Assembly: GCA_031441465.1 (NCBI GenBank)
Contig: JANOEP010000035.1
Location: forward strand, 1 to 64,000
DNA: 64,000 bases
Direction: 5' to 3'
Source of the DNA: a bacterium
Lineage (GTDB): Bacteria; Krumholzibacteriota; Krumholzibacteriia; LZORAL124-64-63
This document shows positions 7,892-17,427 of this stretch, piece after piece. Made by a program: the position numbers and the translations under genes. Below the pieces are notes generated by a model. The model was not told the origin of the DNA, searched no databases, and saw only the letters and a program-made list of their open reading frames with translations. The first letter of the stretch is position 1. Every line of letters starts with the position of its first letter.

Positions 7892-10807
7892 ATGATCCTC
7901 CTGCTCTTCCTCCTGTTCTTCCTGTCCGGTGCCGCTGCGCTCGTCTACCAGGTCACCTGGGTACGTTCGCTCAGCCTCGTGTTCGGCGGCACGCACCTCG
8001 CGGTTGCGACCGTGCTCACGGTCTTCATGGGCGGCCTGGCGCTCGGCAGCCGGCTGCTGGGGCGCCGGGCGGATCGCTCGAGCCGTCCGTTGCGGCTCTA
8101 CGGCGTGCTCGAACTGGGGATCGGCGCCTGTGGTCTGGCGTTCCTCGTGCTGACGGACCTGTATCCATCGATCTACCTGCCGCTGGCGCGGGCCGTCGGC
8201 GAGCATGCCGCGGCCCTCACCGCGCTACGGGTCGTGCTGACGGCGAGCGCCTTGATCGTTCCGACCACCCTGATGGGCGGTACGCTGCCGGTGCTCGTGC
8301 GCGCTTCGCTTGAACACGGGGGCGGGTTGCAGCTTCGGATCGCCCTGTTGTATGCCGTGAACACACTGGGAGCGGTGGCGGGCGTCCTGGGAGCCGGTTT
8401 CGTGCTGCTGCGAAACCTGGGTGTGGACGCGACGGCGCTCGTGGCCGTGGCGATCAACGTGGCGGTCGGCGCGACGGCGCTGCTGATGTCGGCCGGTTCC
8501 CGCGTTGTGGAGATGGCGCCCGTCACCGCCGGTGAAGACTCGCCGGCGGAGCCCGCTACCGACCTGGGGCTGGAGCGCCTCGCCCTCTGGGGCATCGCCG
8601 TCGGCGGCTTGTGCGCGCTGGGCTACGAAGTGCTCTGGACCCGCACGCTGACGATGGTCGTGGGCACTTCCGCTTACAGTTTCGCGATCATGCTGGCGAC
8701 GTTCCTGACGGGGATGACCCTGGGCAGCGCCGCTTGCGGCGCCTGGCTGGCAAGTGCCCGCTCGTCGCGGGCCGGGGGTCGTCGCCGGGTGGCGGCGCTC
8801 GGAATCGTCGAGATCGGCATGGGCGCGGCGGCCCTGACGGCCACGGCTCTCATGGCCCGGCTGCCGGAGCAGGCGATCTGGCTCCAGGGGGTTCTCGCGG
8901 GCGAGTCCGCGGCCGGGTCGGCCGCGCGCAACTGGGCCACCGCCCTGATCGCGTCCGCCCACATCCTGGTGCCGGCGTTCCTGTCCGGGGCGGCCTTCCC
9001 CCTGGCCGCCGGCATCGTGGCGGCGGGACGCCGCCGGGTCGGCGCCGGCATCGGCGATGCGTCGGCGTACAACACGGTCGGAGCGATCATCGGTTCGGCC
9101 GTGAGCGGCTACTTCCTGCTGCAGGTGTACGGGATCGAACGGTCGTTGCTCCTGCTGGGGACGCTGAACGTCGGGATGGGCGCCGTACTGGTCTGCGGCA
9201 CCGTGGGTCGGCGTGCCGCGAGGATCGCGGCGATCGCCGCCGCGGCCGTGGTCGTCCTGCTGGCGACCGGCGCGGGCGGCCACCTCCTGTGGGATCCCCG
9301 GTACTTCGCCATCTTCGCGAACAACCAGCGCGAGCTGTTCGAGTCGCGAGCGCGGATCGCGCGCGGTCTCGAAATCGTCGACATCCTGTACTATCACGAG
9401 GGGATCAACGAGACGATCAGCGTGGTCCGCCCGCTGGGCGGAGACCAGGCGTTCATCGTCAACGGTCGCTCGGAGGCCACGACGGTCAGCGCCGACGCCC
9501 AGTGCCAGCGCGCGCTCGGCCATGTCCCGATGCTGCTGCATCCCGATCCGCGCCGGGTGTTCGTGCTCGGCGCCGGCAGCGGCATGACGCTGGGCGCGGT
9601 GACGCGGCATCCGGAGGCGCAGTCCGTGACGCTGGCCGAGATCGAGCCGCACGTGCTCCCGGCCACGCGCACGTTCGGCGACTGGAACCACCGGGCGCTG
9701 GACGACCCACGCGTGCGCGTCGTGTTCAACGACGGCCGGAACTTCCTCGCCACGACGAACGAGCGGTTCGACGTGATCACGGCGGATCCGATCCACCCGT
9801 GGTCGGGAGGGGCGGCCTATCTCTACACGACGGAGTACTTCCGGCTGGCGGCGTCGCGCCTGCGGCCCGGCGGGATCGTCGCGCAGTGGCTGCCGTTGTA
9901 CGAACTCACGCCCCGCGACGTCGGCACGGTCGTGCGCACGTTCACGGAGAATTTCGCGCACGTGCTGGTGTGGGTGACCTGGTGGGACGCCGAACTGATC
10001 GGCAGCAACGAGCCGTTCGTCGCGGATGATGCGGCCCTGGAGCGGCGCGCCGCCTCCGGAGCCGTGGCGGCCGACCTGGCCGCCGTGAACATGGCGGGCC
10101 CCGGCGGGGTGATGAGCTACTGCCTCACCGGCACGGCGGGAGCGCGCGCCTTCGCCGAAGAAACCGGCGGCGTGATCAACACCGACGACAACCTGTTCCT
10201 GGAGTTCTCCGCGCCCCTGTCGATCGGCGATCCGGGCCTGATGGCGCGCAACATGGCCGCACTCATGGGACACCGTGACCGCGACCGCGAAGCGGGCCGT
10301 CTCGCCGATCGCGCGCACGTCCTGGCGCTGGGGGGGATGACGGGGCAGCCGGAGTTCCGGGCCCTGTTGCAGAGGCTCGATGAGAAGTATCCCGGCTACG
10401 CGCTGGCGTCGTACCTGAGCCGCGAAGCGGCGGCCGTGCGCGGCGCCACCCCGCGCCCGCTCGTCGCCGAGCGGTTCTACGTGACGGGTCCGGACGGCAG
10501 CCTGCGCACCCTGGACCCGACGGCCGTCGCCATGCGTCCGAGCGAGAATTGGGCGGTGGTTGCGATCGTGGATCCGGCGACGCGGCAGGTCTACGGCGAG
10601 GTCTACCTGGACGGTGAACCGGATGCGCTCGACCGTGAAGAACAGGCCTGCGCCCGCGATCTGCTCGCCGCCCTGCGTGACGCTTGGGGCGCGAGATTCA
10701 CTGCGGCCGGCGGACCGCCCTCGGAATCGCAGGCCGGGGAATTTCTGAGGGATGCGTTGCGGACCCGCGCGCCGGCTTGGGACCGGCGGCTACAGAGGAC
10801 GAATTGA
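7892..10807 (+). CDS. Fused MFS-like membrane / spermidine synthase-like protein
   Basis: LFFLSGAAALVYQVTW start, about 13 TM segments, then VLGAGSG, LAEIEP, DGRNFL, FDVITADP methyltransferase-fold motifs. Confidence 0.88.
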   Translation: MILLLFLLFFLSGAAALVYQVTWVRSLSLVFGGTHLAVATVLTVFMGGLALGSRLLGRRADRSSRPLRLYGVLELGIGACGLAFLVLTDLYPSIYLPLARAVGEHAAALTALRVVLTASALIVPTTLMGGTLPVLVRASLEHGGGLQLRIALLYAVNTLGAVAGVLGAGFVLLRNLGVDATALVAVAINVAVGATALLMSAGSRVVEMAPVTAGEDSPAEPATDLGLERLALWGIAVGGLCALGYEVLWTRTLTMVVGTSAYSFAIMLATFLTGMTLGSAACGAWLASARSSRAGGRRRVAALGIVEIGMGAAALTATALMARLPEQAIWLQGVLAGESAAGSAARNWATALIASAHILVPAFLSGAAFPLAAGIVAAGRRRVGAGIGDASAYNTVGAIIGSAVSGYFLLQVYGIERSLLLLGTLNVGMGAVLVCGTVGRRAARIAAIAAAAVVVLLATGAGGHLLWDPRYFAIFANNQRELFESRARIARGLEIVDILYYHEGINETISVVRPLGGDQAFIVNGRSEATTVSADAQCQRALGHVPMLLHPDPRRVFVLGAGSGMTLGAVTRHPEAQSVTLAEIEPHVLPATRTFGDWNHRALDDPRVRVVFNDGRNFLATTNERFDVITADPIHPWSGGAAYLYTTEYFRLAASRLRPGGIVAQWLPLYELTPRDVGTVVRTFTENFAHVLVWVTWWDAELIGSNEPFVADDAALERRAASGAVAADLAAVNMAGPGGVMSYCLTGTAGARAFAEETGGVINTDDNLFLEFSAPLSIGDPGLMARNMAALMGHRDRDREAGRLADRAHVLALGGMTGQPEFRALLQRLDEKYPGYALASYLSREAAAVRGATPRPLVAERFYVTGPDGSLRTLDPTAVAMRPSENWAVVAIVDPATRQVYGEVYLDGEPDALDREEQACARDLLAALRDAWGARFTAAGGPPSESQAGEFLRDALRTRAPAWDRRLQRTN

Positions 10808-10867
10808 GTTGTATCGCCGAAAATGTGGTCGCCCCGACCCGCCAGATCCGCCGCGCCCGTAGCTGCG

Positions 10868-13800
10868 CTACCTGACCATCAACATCTTCCCGGTCCACCT
10901 GTCGTCACCCGTTTTCAACTGGTAGAAGTAGACGCCGCTGGCGCCGGGCCGGCCCGCGTCGTCGTCGCCCTGCCAGGTGACGGCGTGGTCGCCCGCCGCG
11001 AAGTCGCCGAAGAACCGGACCCGCAGCCCGCGGCTGTCGAAGATCTCCAGGCGCCCCGTCGCGCCGTCGCGCACGCTGAAGGCGATCCGCGTCGTCAGGG
11101 AGAACGGGTTGGGCGCGTTGCGGCTCAGGACCACCGCGACGGCTGAGGGCCGGACCCGGATCAGGAATGAGTGCGCGACCGGGTCGTTGTAGCCGTCGAA
11201 CGCCGACACGGTGATCGTCGATTCGCCGCGCGCGAGCGGTGTGACGACGAGGTGGCCACCCACGATTGCCGCGCCGGCCACCGCCGGATCGTGGCTGAAC
11301 GTCACGTAAACCAGAGGGTCGGATTCCGGATCGGTGAACACGCCGGACAGATCCAGCGCCAGCGGCTCGTCCCCTTCGGTCGCTTGCTGCGTCCCGAGCG
11401 GGCCGGTGACCAGCGGCGGCAGGTTGGTCCCGGTCAGGGCCACGCCCGAAAGCGTGACGTTGTCGAAGCGCTGGTTGCCCGAACTGCCGCCGGCGTTGGC
11501 GCCGCCGAAGGTGAACTTCACGGCGAAGTCGGGATTGTCGGACGCGCCCGCGATCGCCGAGAGGTCGTGGGTGAAGAGCGTGAAGGCCTCGCCGACCGCG
11601 AGGTCCTCGGCCACCGGCAGCCAGGGCCTGCCCGCCGCCAGCCGATAGTGGAGCGAGTGCTCCTGGGCGCCGTTGGCGGTGCGCATCGCGGCGTAGCCGA
11701 GGCTCGGCGACTCGTGGCCGGTCGTGGGCAGGGCCAGGATCAGCTCGCGCGTGTCCGACGGGTTGCGCACCCGCAAGGCGTTGCCCGCCGGCGTGCCGGG
11801 CAGGGCGCCCAGTTCGGTGCCCTCGTCGACCCGGTCCAGGTAGCCCGCGCCGGTTCCCGGATACGTGATCGCGCCGCCGCCGAGCGGGGACGCATCGGCC
11901 TGGACTTCGATCAGCGCACCGGCGGGCAGGTCGTTGAAGTGCCAAGCGTGCAAGAGCACGGGCGGCCTGGCGTCGGTCGCGAAGACAGCCGTCAACTCAA
12001 GCGGGCCGGCGCCCGGCATGATCGACAGCGTGAGCTGGTCGCTTCCTCCGGGTAGCCAGGCCAGGAAGCGGTGTCCGGGCGCGGGCAGCGCGGTGACGGT
12101 GATCGGCACGCCTTGGAAGTAGGTGCCGGTCCAGGGGTAAGGCGCCGCGGGGTCGTCGAGGCCGGGAAGATCGCCGTCGATCACCAGCCGGTTGAGCTGC
12201 AGTTTGCCCATGTCGGAGTCGTTGATCGCGAGGGTGAGTTCGCAGGTGCCGGCGAGCCCGAAATGGTCGACGATGTGCGCGTGGAGGTGAGCGGGACGCT
12301 CCGCGGCGAAGTTGCGCATCTCCTGGACGCCGTAGGACCAGTCGTAGGCGACGTCCCAGCGGTCCTGCCAGTCCCCGATGGCCGGCGCGTAGAGTTCCGC
12401 GAACCCGTCGATGACGCCGATCACGCGTGCGGGCGCGAAGGTGCTGTTCAGGTGGTCGGCGCACGCGTTGATGAACTCGTCGCGGAACCACTCGTTCCCG
12501 AGCAGGCGGCGCAGCAATTCGGTGGACCAGGGCGGGTTGGCGTAGTCGGACGAGGCGGCGGCGGTGGCGTGGACCAGGGTGTTGTGCGACGCCTCGACGA
12601 AGGCGTAGTTCCAGTCCATGTCGTACATCATCCAGCGCCAGCGGCCGTCGTGGCCGTAGGGCGCATCGGGGACGTACGCCGGCCTGGTGCGGCGCCAGTA
12701 GCGGATGTTGACCCCGGGCCAGTCGTAGTTGGCCGCGTAGATCTCGGCGACGTTGTAGGCGATGAAGTTCTCCAGGTCCATGCGCTCGGCGACGTGCGCG
12801 AGGTTCTCGGGTCGGGTCAGGTCGCTGCCGGACACGAAATCGCGCAGGGCCAGATAATCCTCGCTGTCCGCGGGCTGTCCTTCCTCCACTTCGGCGTTTT
12901 CGACCAGCAGGGCCGCCTCGTCCTGCGGCACGCCGTATTCCCGTTCCAGGTAGTGTTCGTCGTAGCGCTCGCGCAGGTTGGCCAGCCCCCAGTACTCGCC
13001 GTCGAGGAACTGGATCACCGGCCGGCCGGCCTGCGTGTCGAAGCCCATGTCCCGGCACAGGGTCTGGATGGCCAGGTCCTTGAAGCCGGTCATTCCCCAG
13101 TCGTTGCCCGCGTTGCGGACCAGGAAGCAGTTGTAGGCGTTGTCGGCCTGTTCCGGGAACAGGGCGCAGTCGAACTCCGAGGGACCGTACTCGGAACGCG
13201 CGGTCAGGCGCAGGGTCTTCTGGGGGAAGCGCCGGGAGTAGCCGCCGTGGATGCGCGCGCCGGCGTCCTGGGCGAGCAGGGTGTTGCCCTGCCGGTCGAA
13301 CAGCTCGACATGGACGGGGCGCTCCCACTCGTCACCGCGCTGGAAGTAGTTGCCGCTGCCCTGGTCGCCGGGGACGAAGGCGTCGCCGGGCACATAGATC
13401 CCGGTCGCGCCGTCGAACAGGTTCTCGGGCGACGTCGCCAGCGAGATCACCGGGAACGGGAGGCGGGCGGCCGGGTCCGGATCGACGAAATAGGAACCGG
13501 TCGCCACCTCGCTCGGCGCGAAGCCGAGCCGGTAGGCGCGCGCCCGCACCAGGTTCAGCTTGAGCAACTCGACCCGTGGCGCACGCCAGCCGTAATGGTC
13601 GGACGCCGGCCAGAAGTTCGTGGGGATCAGTGAGATCGTGTTCGGATCGCCTTGGCGGGTGTCCAGCACGAGCGGCTTGACGTAGAGCGCCGAGGTCCCG
13701 GTCGGCTCGCTGCCGTCCAGCGTGTAGCGGATCTCGGCCGCGGGGTCGTCGACCGCGATCGCCAGCGGGAGCGCCGCCGTGAAGAAGCCGGGTGCCGACG

Positions 13801-14371
13801 AGAACACGGGCAGGGGCAGGATCGGCAGACCCGCGTCGTTGGTGCCTTGCGGCGTCGGCGTGCCGTCGACGATCCAGACGGCGCCGCCGTCGGGCTGCCG
13901 GCTGTACGAGAGGTCCGCCGTCAGGGCGACCGGGCCGGTCTCGTCGAGCCGGGTCACGCCGTCGGCGGCGGTCAGCAGGAGCGGTTCGCCGCCGGCGCCG
14001 ATCGCGAAGTTCGTGTGCAGGGCGCCCGAAGGGCCGACCCGGTCCTTGTTCGAGGCCCAGACCAGCAGGAAGCCCCGGGCCGGGACGACGCCCTGGGGGA
14101 AGCGCCAGCGCAGGGGCGTGCCCGCGTCGTCGCTCAGGTAACAGCCGGTCAGGTCGAAATCGGCGGCGCCGGGGTTGAAGAGTTCGAGCCAGTCGGAGAA
14201 ATCCCCGTCGTCGTCGGCGATGCAGGTCGCGTTCGAGGCCATGAACTCATTGATCAGGGGGGTCTGGGCGGAGCCGGGGGAGGCGGCGAGGACCAGGGCC
14301 AGCAGGCAGATGTCCCGCCATCCGCCCCGGTGGGCGGCGCTTGCCGGGTCCGATCGTCGCTGGGCTCTCAT
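10868..14371 (-). CDS. CotH kinase family secreted protein (lamin-tail, chitobiase/FN3-associated, CotH, cadherin-like, FlgD-Ig C-terminal domain)
   Basis: INEFMASN...DWLELFN (LTD); IRYTLDGSEP; WERPVHVE, GEYWGLANLRER, DWPGVN, WRWMMYDMD (CotH); NAPNPF...WQGDDDAGRPGASGVYF C-terminus. Confidence 0.88.
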   Translation of the reverse strand: MRAQRRSDPASAAHRGGWRDICLLALVLAASPGSAQTPLINEFMASNATCIADDDGDFSDWLELFNPGAADFDLTGCYLSDDAGTPLRWRFPQGVVPARGFLLVWASNKDRVGPSGALHTNFAIGAGGEPLLLTAADGVTRLDETGPVALTADLSYSRQPDGGAVWIVDGTPTPQGTNDAGLPILPLPVFSSAPGFFTAALPLAIAVDDPAAEIRYTLDGSEPTGTSALYVKPLVLDTRQGDPNTISLIPTNFWPASDHYGWRAPRVELLKLNLVRARAYRLGFAPSEVATGSYFVDPDPAARLPFPVISLATSPENLFDGATGIYVPGDAFVPGDQGSGNYFQRGDEWERPVHVELFDRQGNTLLAQDAGARIHGGYSRRFPQKTLRLTARSEYGPSEFDCALFPEQADNAYNCFLVRNAGNDWGMTGFKDLAIQTLCRDMGFDTQAGRPVIQFLDGEYWGLANLRERYDEHYLEREYGVPQDEAALLVENAEVEEGQPADSEDYLALRDFVSGSDLTRPENLAHVAERMDLENFIAYNVAEIYAANYDWPGVNIRYWRRTRPAYVPDAPYGHDGRWRWMMYDMDWNYAFVEASHNTLVHATAAASSDYANPPWSTELLRRLLGNEWFRDEFINACADHLNSTFAPARVIGVIDGFAELYAPAIGDWQDRWDVAYDWSYGVQEMRNFAAERPAHLHAHIVDHFGLAGTCELTLAINDSDMGKLQLNRLVIDGDLPGLDDPAAPYPWTGTYFQGVPITVTALPAPGHRFLAWLPGGSDQLTLSIMPGAGPLELTAVFATDARPPVLLHAWHFNDLPAGALIEVQADASPLGGGAITYPGTGAGYLDRVDEGTELGALPGTPAGNALRVRNPSDTRELILALPTTGHESPSLGYAAMRTANGAQEHSLHYRLAAGRPWLPVAEDLAVGEAFTLFTHDLSAIAGASDNPDFAVKFTFGGANAGGSSGNQRFDNVTLSGVALTGTNLPPLVTGPLGTQQATEGDEPLALDLSGVFTDPESDPLVYVTFSHDPAVAGAAIVGGHLVVTPLARGESTITVSAFDGYNDPVAHSFLIRVRPSAVAVVLSRNAPNPFSLTTRIAFSVRDGATGRLEIFDSRGLRVRFFGDFAAGDHAVTWQGDDDAGRPGASGVYFYQLKTGDDRWTGKMLMVR

Positions 14372-14492
14372 GTTCCACCTTCCCGGGGATTGTCCGATCG
14401 CTCGATCCTACCACCAATCGGCGGTGATCGGACCTCCTCAATACCGGTCCGTTTTGTTAATAAGCCAACGAAAATGACATGCGACCCCCCAT

Positions 14493-14509
14493 ATTGATAA
14501 TAAATATCC
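14493..14509. promoter_or_regulatory. Fur/PerR-like box in AT-rich divergent promoter region
   Basis: TGATAAT-A-AATATCC versus the 7-1-7 consensus TGATAAT-N-ATTATCA, lying between the divergent CotH and cytochrome genes. Confidence 0.5.
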
Positions 14510-14593
14510 AACAACCCCGTCGATCTGCTAGGATGGGTGCCTCGCCCCCATGCCCGCCCGATCGTGCCTGTCGTTTCAGTTCGGAGGTGCGTC

Positions 14594-16081
14594 ATGACAG
14601 CCCGTGCTCATGTTCCCATCAGCTTGTCCGCCATCCTGCTGTTGCTGTGCTGCATCGCCCCGTCGGCGTTCGCCGCCCTGCCGGCGGGCAACTACGTGGT
14701 CCTGAGCTGGAACGACCTCGGCATGCACTGCATGAACCAGGATCACGCCAACCTCTCCGTGCTGCCGCCCTACAACAATCTCTACGCGCAGGTCATCCAC
14801 CGCGGCGACGCCTACACGCCGCCGATGATCCTGACGGAGAACGCCGCCCTCGAGTACTCGATCCCGGGCAACACGTACTCGGTCGGCAAGACCGACTTCT
14901 GGACCTACGCCCAGCACCTGTTCGGCGTCAGCCTCGCGCCGAATGTCGGCCTCGCCGGCAAGGGACTCAGCGGGACGATGGACTTCCACGCGGACCACTT
15001 CTCGGCCGAGGGGGTGCCGCTCACCCCGTTCACGGACGCGGCCCCAAGCGTGGAAGATCCCTACCAGCTGGCGTTGGTCGTCCTACGGGACGTCCACGGG
15101 ACGGAATTGGCGCGGTCGCGACCGGTGATGCCGGTTTCCATCGAGATGAGTTGCGTGAGCGCGGGGTGCCACAGCAGCGAAATGGCGATCCTCACCAACC
15201 ACGCGGGGCCGGACGAGGGCGGTTTCGACGTCGCGAACAAGCCGATCCTGTGCGCCCAGTGCCACGGCGATCCGGCGCTCGGCGGCACCGGTCCCGGCGT
15301 GGCGGGGTACTTCTCGCAGCGGATGCACGAAAAGCACGCGTTCATCGACGAGGCCCTGCCCGGCATGAGCGGTTGCTACAAGTGCCACCCCGGGCAGCGC
15401 GCGCGCTGCCTGAGGGGCACCATGAATTCCGACTTCGGCGTGGTCTGCCAGGACTGCCACGGCGACATGGCGCAGGTCGCCGGTTCCATCGAAGGCGGCC
15501 GCGTGCCGTGGGTGAACGAGCCGTCCTGCCGCGAATGCCACACCTCGACCTACGGAGAACCGGTCGGGCAGCTCTTCAAAGTGAGCAGGGGACACGGCGG
15601 CGTCTTCTGCGAAGGCTGCCACAACAGCACCCACGCGGAGTTCCCCACCCGCGAACCGCGCGACAACCAGGTGATGATCGATCTGCAGGGGCAAGCCGGG
15701 ACGCTCGCCGACTGCAGCGTCTGCCACGGCATCGTCCCGTCCGGTCCGGGGCCGCACGGCATTGTGGCTACGGGTCTGGTGGAGGACGAACTGCTCGGTG
15801 GAGCGGAGCGTCTCGCCGTCTGGCCGTCGCCCCTGCCCCTGGGTGCGACCTGCACGATCCGGCTGGGCGCCGCCGCCGCCGCGGACGGACGCCTGCTCGT
15901 GTTCGACGCCCGCGGGCGCACGGTCCGCCTGCTCGACCTCCAGAGCGACCAGCCGGGCGAGACGATCGCCACCTGGGACGGACGCGACGGACACGGACAG
16001 CGCGTCGGTGCCGGCGTCTACTTCCTGCGCTGGAGCCACGGAGAAAAGGCCGCTTCGGCGAAGGTGGTCATGGTGGACTGA
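14594..16081 (+). CDS. Multiheme cytochrome c (6 CxxCH plus 1 CxxxxCH) with C-terminal FlgD-Ig/T9SS-like domain
   Basis: GGAGG RBS; signal peptide (AFA-A); WNDLGMHC N-domain; CVSAGCH, CAQCH, CYKCH, CQDCH, CRECH, CEGCH, CSVCH; C-terminus VFDARGRTVRLL...WDGRDGHGQRVGAGVYF. Confidence 0.9.
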   Translation: MTARAHVPISLSAILLLLCCIAPSAFAALPAGNYVVLSWNDLGMHCMNQDHANLSVLPPYNNLYAQVIHRGDAYTPPMILTENAALEYSIPGNTYSVGKTDFWTYAQHLFGVSLAPNVGLAGKGLSGTMDFHADHFSAEGVPLTPFTDAAPSVEDPYQLALVVLRDVHGTELARSRPVMPVSIEMSCVSAGCHSSEMAILTNHAGPDEGGFDVANKPILCAQCHGDPALGGTGPGVAGYFSQRMHEKHAFIDEALPGMSGCYKCHPGQRARCLRGTMNSDFGVVCQDCHGDMAQVAGSIEGGRVPWVNEPSCRECHTSTYGEPVGQLFKVSRGHGGVFCEGCHNSTHAEFPTREPRDNQVMIDLQGQAGTLADCSVCHGIVPSGPGPHGIVATGLVEDELLGGAERLAVWPSPLPLGATCTIRLGAAAAADGRLLVFDARGRTVRLLDLQSDQPGETIATWDGRDGHGQRVGAGVYFLRWSHGEKAASAKVVMVD

Positions 16082-16123
16082 CGAAGGGGATCACGGGCGC
16101 GTGATCGGTGTCGCCGTTCTTTT

Positions 16124-16606
16124 TCAGTTCCCGGGATCATCCCCATAGGAGATCTCGTCGCTGAGTTCGTTGGCGTCGTCGGCCTGGTAGGGGAAGTGTT
16201 CCCGCAACTTCTCGCCGATCCGCGCGATCCCCTCGCCGATCCCCCCGGCGAAATCGTCCACCGCGAACCGCGCGGCCATCAGCGCCGCCACGTCCTGCCA
16301 GAAGCCGTCACCGACCCGCAGGTGCAGTTCTTCGTCGCCGACGATCGCGAAACGCCGCGCCCGCACCGCCAGGTAGACCAGCACCCCGTTGCGCTCCCCG
16401 GTGGCGTGCATCTCCATCTTCCCGAACAGTTCCCGCGCCCGCAGGTAAGGATCCCCGTCGGCGGTCCCGCCCTTCGGCACGTCCCGTTCGACGTGGAAGC
16501 GGATCTCCCCGCTGGTGCGCTGCTCGGCGGACTGGATGGACGCCACGATCCGCTGCTGCTCGTCGCGGCTGAAAAACTTCCGGGGCACATCGCTGCGTTT
16601 TGCCAT
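16124..16606 (-). CDS. TPM domain-containing protein (small, DUF477-like)
   Basis: AEQRTSGEIR, T.ERNGVLVYL, GD..LH..VG..FW, NELSDEIS motifs; ATG at 16606. Confidence 0.85.
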   Translation of the reverse strand: MAKRSDVPRKFFSRDEQQRIVASIQSAEQRTSGEIRFHVERDVPKGGTADGDPYLRARELFGKMEMHATGERNGVLVYLAVRARRFAIVGDEELHLRVGDGFWQDVAALMAARFAVDDFAGGIGEGIARIGEKLREHFPYQADDANELSDEISYGDDPGN

Positions 16607-16607
16607 C

Positions 16608-17393
16608 TTACCAACCTCCGCTCGCGCCGCCGCCGCCGCTAAACCCGCCGCCGCCGCTGAAGCCGCCACCACCGCCACCGCCGCCGCCGCCCCAGCCGCC
16701 GCTGCCGCGGCTGTTCTGGGACATCGCCGACATGACGATCAGCGGGCCGAGCCAACGGTGGCGTCCGGCCGCGCCGCCGCCGCCCCCGATCAGCGCGATC
16801 AGGATCAACGGCAACAGCAGGCCCCCGAGCCCGCGGCCCCGGCGGCCGCTGGATTCACGGGGCGCCGCGGCGAATTGCCCCTGCGCGAGCGGGTCGTCCG
16901 GCGCTAGGCGCTGGGCGACGCGGACCATGACCAGCGCGAAGCGCCGGAAGGCCTGCTCGGCGGGGATCTGCTGCATTTCCTGGATGATGTTGCGCGAGAC
17001 CGCGTCGGTCAGGCGCTCCTCGTTCTCGTAGGCCACCTCGAGCCGCGACGTCCTCTGGCGCGGGAACACCGCGAACAGCAGGCCGTCGAGCCGCTCCCGG
17101 CTGCCGATCTTCCAGTGCTCGAACAGGCGGTTGGTGTAGTCGGCGACCTCGCCGTCGAGTTCCGGCAGCACGGCGATCACGAACTGGATGCCGGTGCGCT
17201 GGTGAAAGGCCTCCAGCTCGTTCGCCAGGGCCGCCGCCTCCTCGCGCGATACCACGCCGACCCCGTCGGAGAAGTAGGTGGAGGGCGGCGGCGGCAGCTC
17301 GGCCGCCGCCGCCGTCGCCAGCAGCAGGATCGTCAGCACCGACAGTAGCAGATGCCGCACCGCGCACGGCACGGGAGTCCCGGAACGTGGCAT
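16608..17393 (-). CDS. TPM domain-containing protein (YgcG-like) with Gly-rich tail
   Basis: LFEHWKIG...DGLL, RLEVAY..E.RLTD, TM segment, GGGFSGGGGFSGGGGASGGW end. Confidence 0.85.
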   Translation of the reverse strand: MPRSGTPVPCAVRHLLLSVLTILLLATAAAAELPPPPSTYFSDGVGVVSREEAAALANELEAFHQRTGIQFVIAVLPELDGEVADYTNRLFEHWKIGSRERLDGLLFAVFPRQRTSRLEVAYENEERLTDAVSRNIIQEMQQIPAEQAFRRFALVMVRVAQRLAPDDPLAQGQFAAAPRESSGRRGRGLGGLLLPLILIALIGGGGGAAGRHRWLGPLIVMSAMSQNSRGSGGWGGGGGGGGGGFSGGGGFSGGGGASGGW

Positions 17394-17427
17394 GGCGCCT
17401 CCTGGTGCTGCGTGGGGTGTCCGCACC

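Noticed and set aside
1..16081. Integron cassette array or genomic island in the left accessory region
   Set aside because: Genes are in mixed orientation with their own promoters; AAC...GTT pairs at ~1040, ~5815 and ~7670 are too short for attC; no integrase, tRNA or direct-repeat boundary.
16615..16710. GCC-rich tandem repeat / proline-rich ORF (16600-17031, plus strand)
   Set aside because: It is the reverse complement of the normal Gly-rich tail of the TPM-domain protein.
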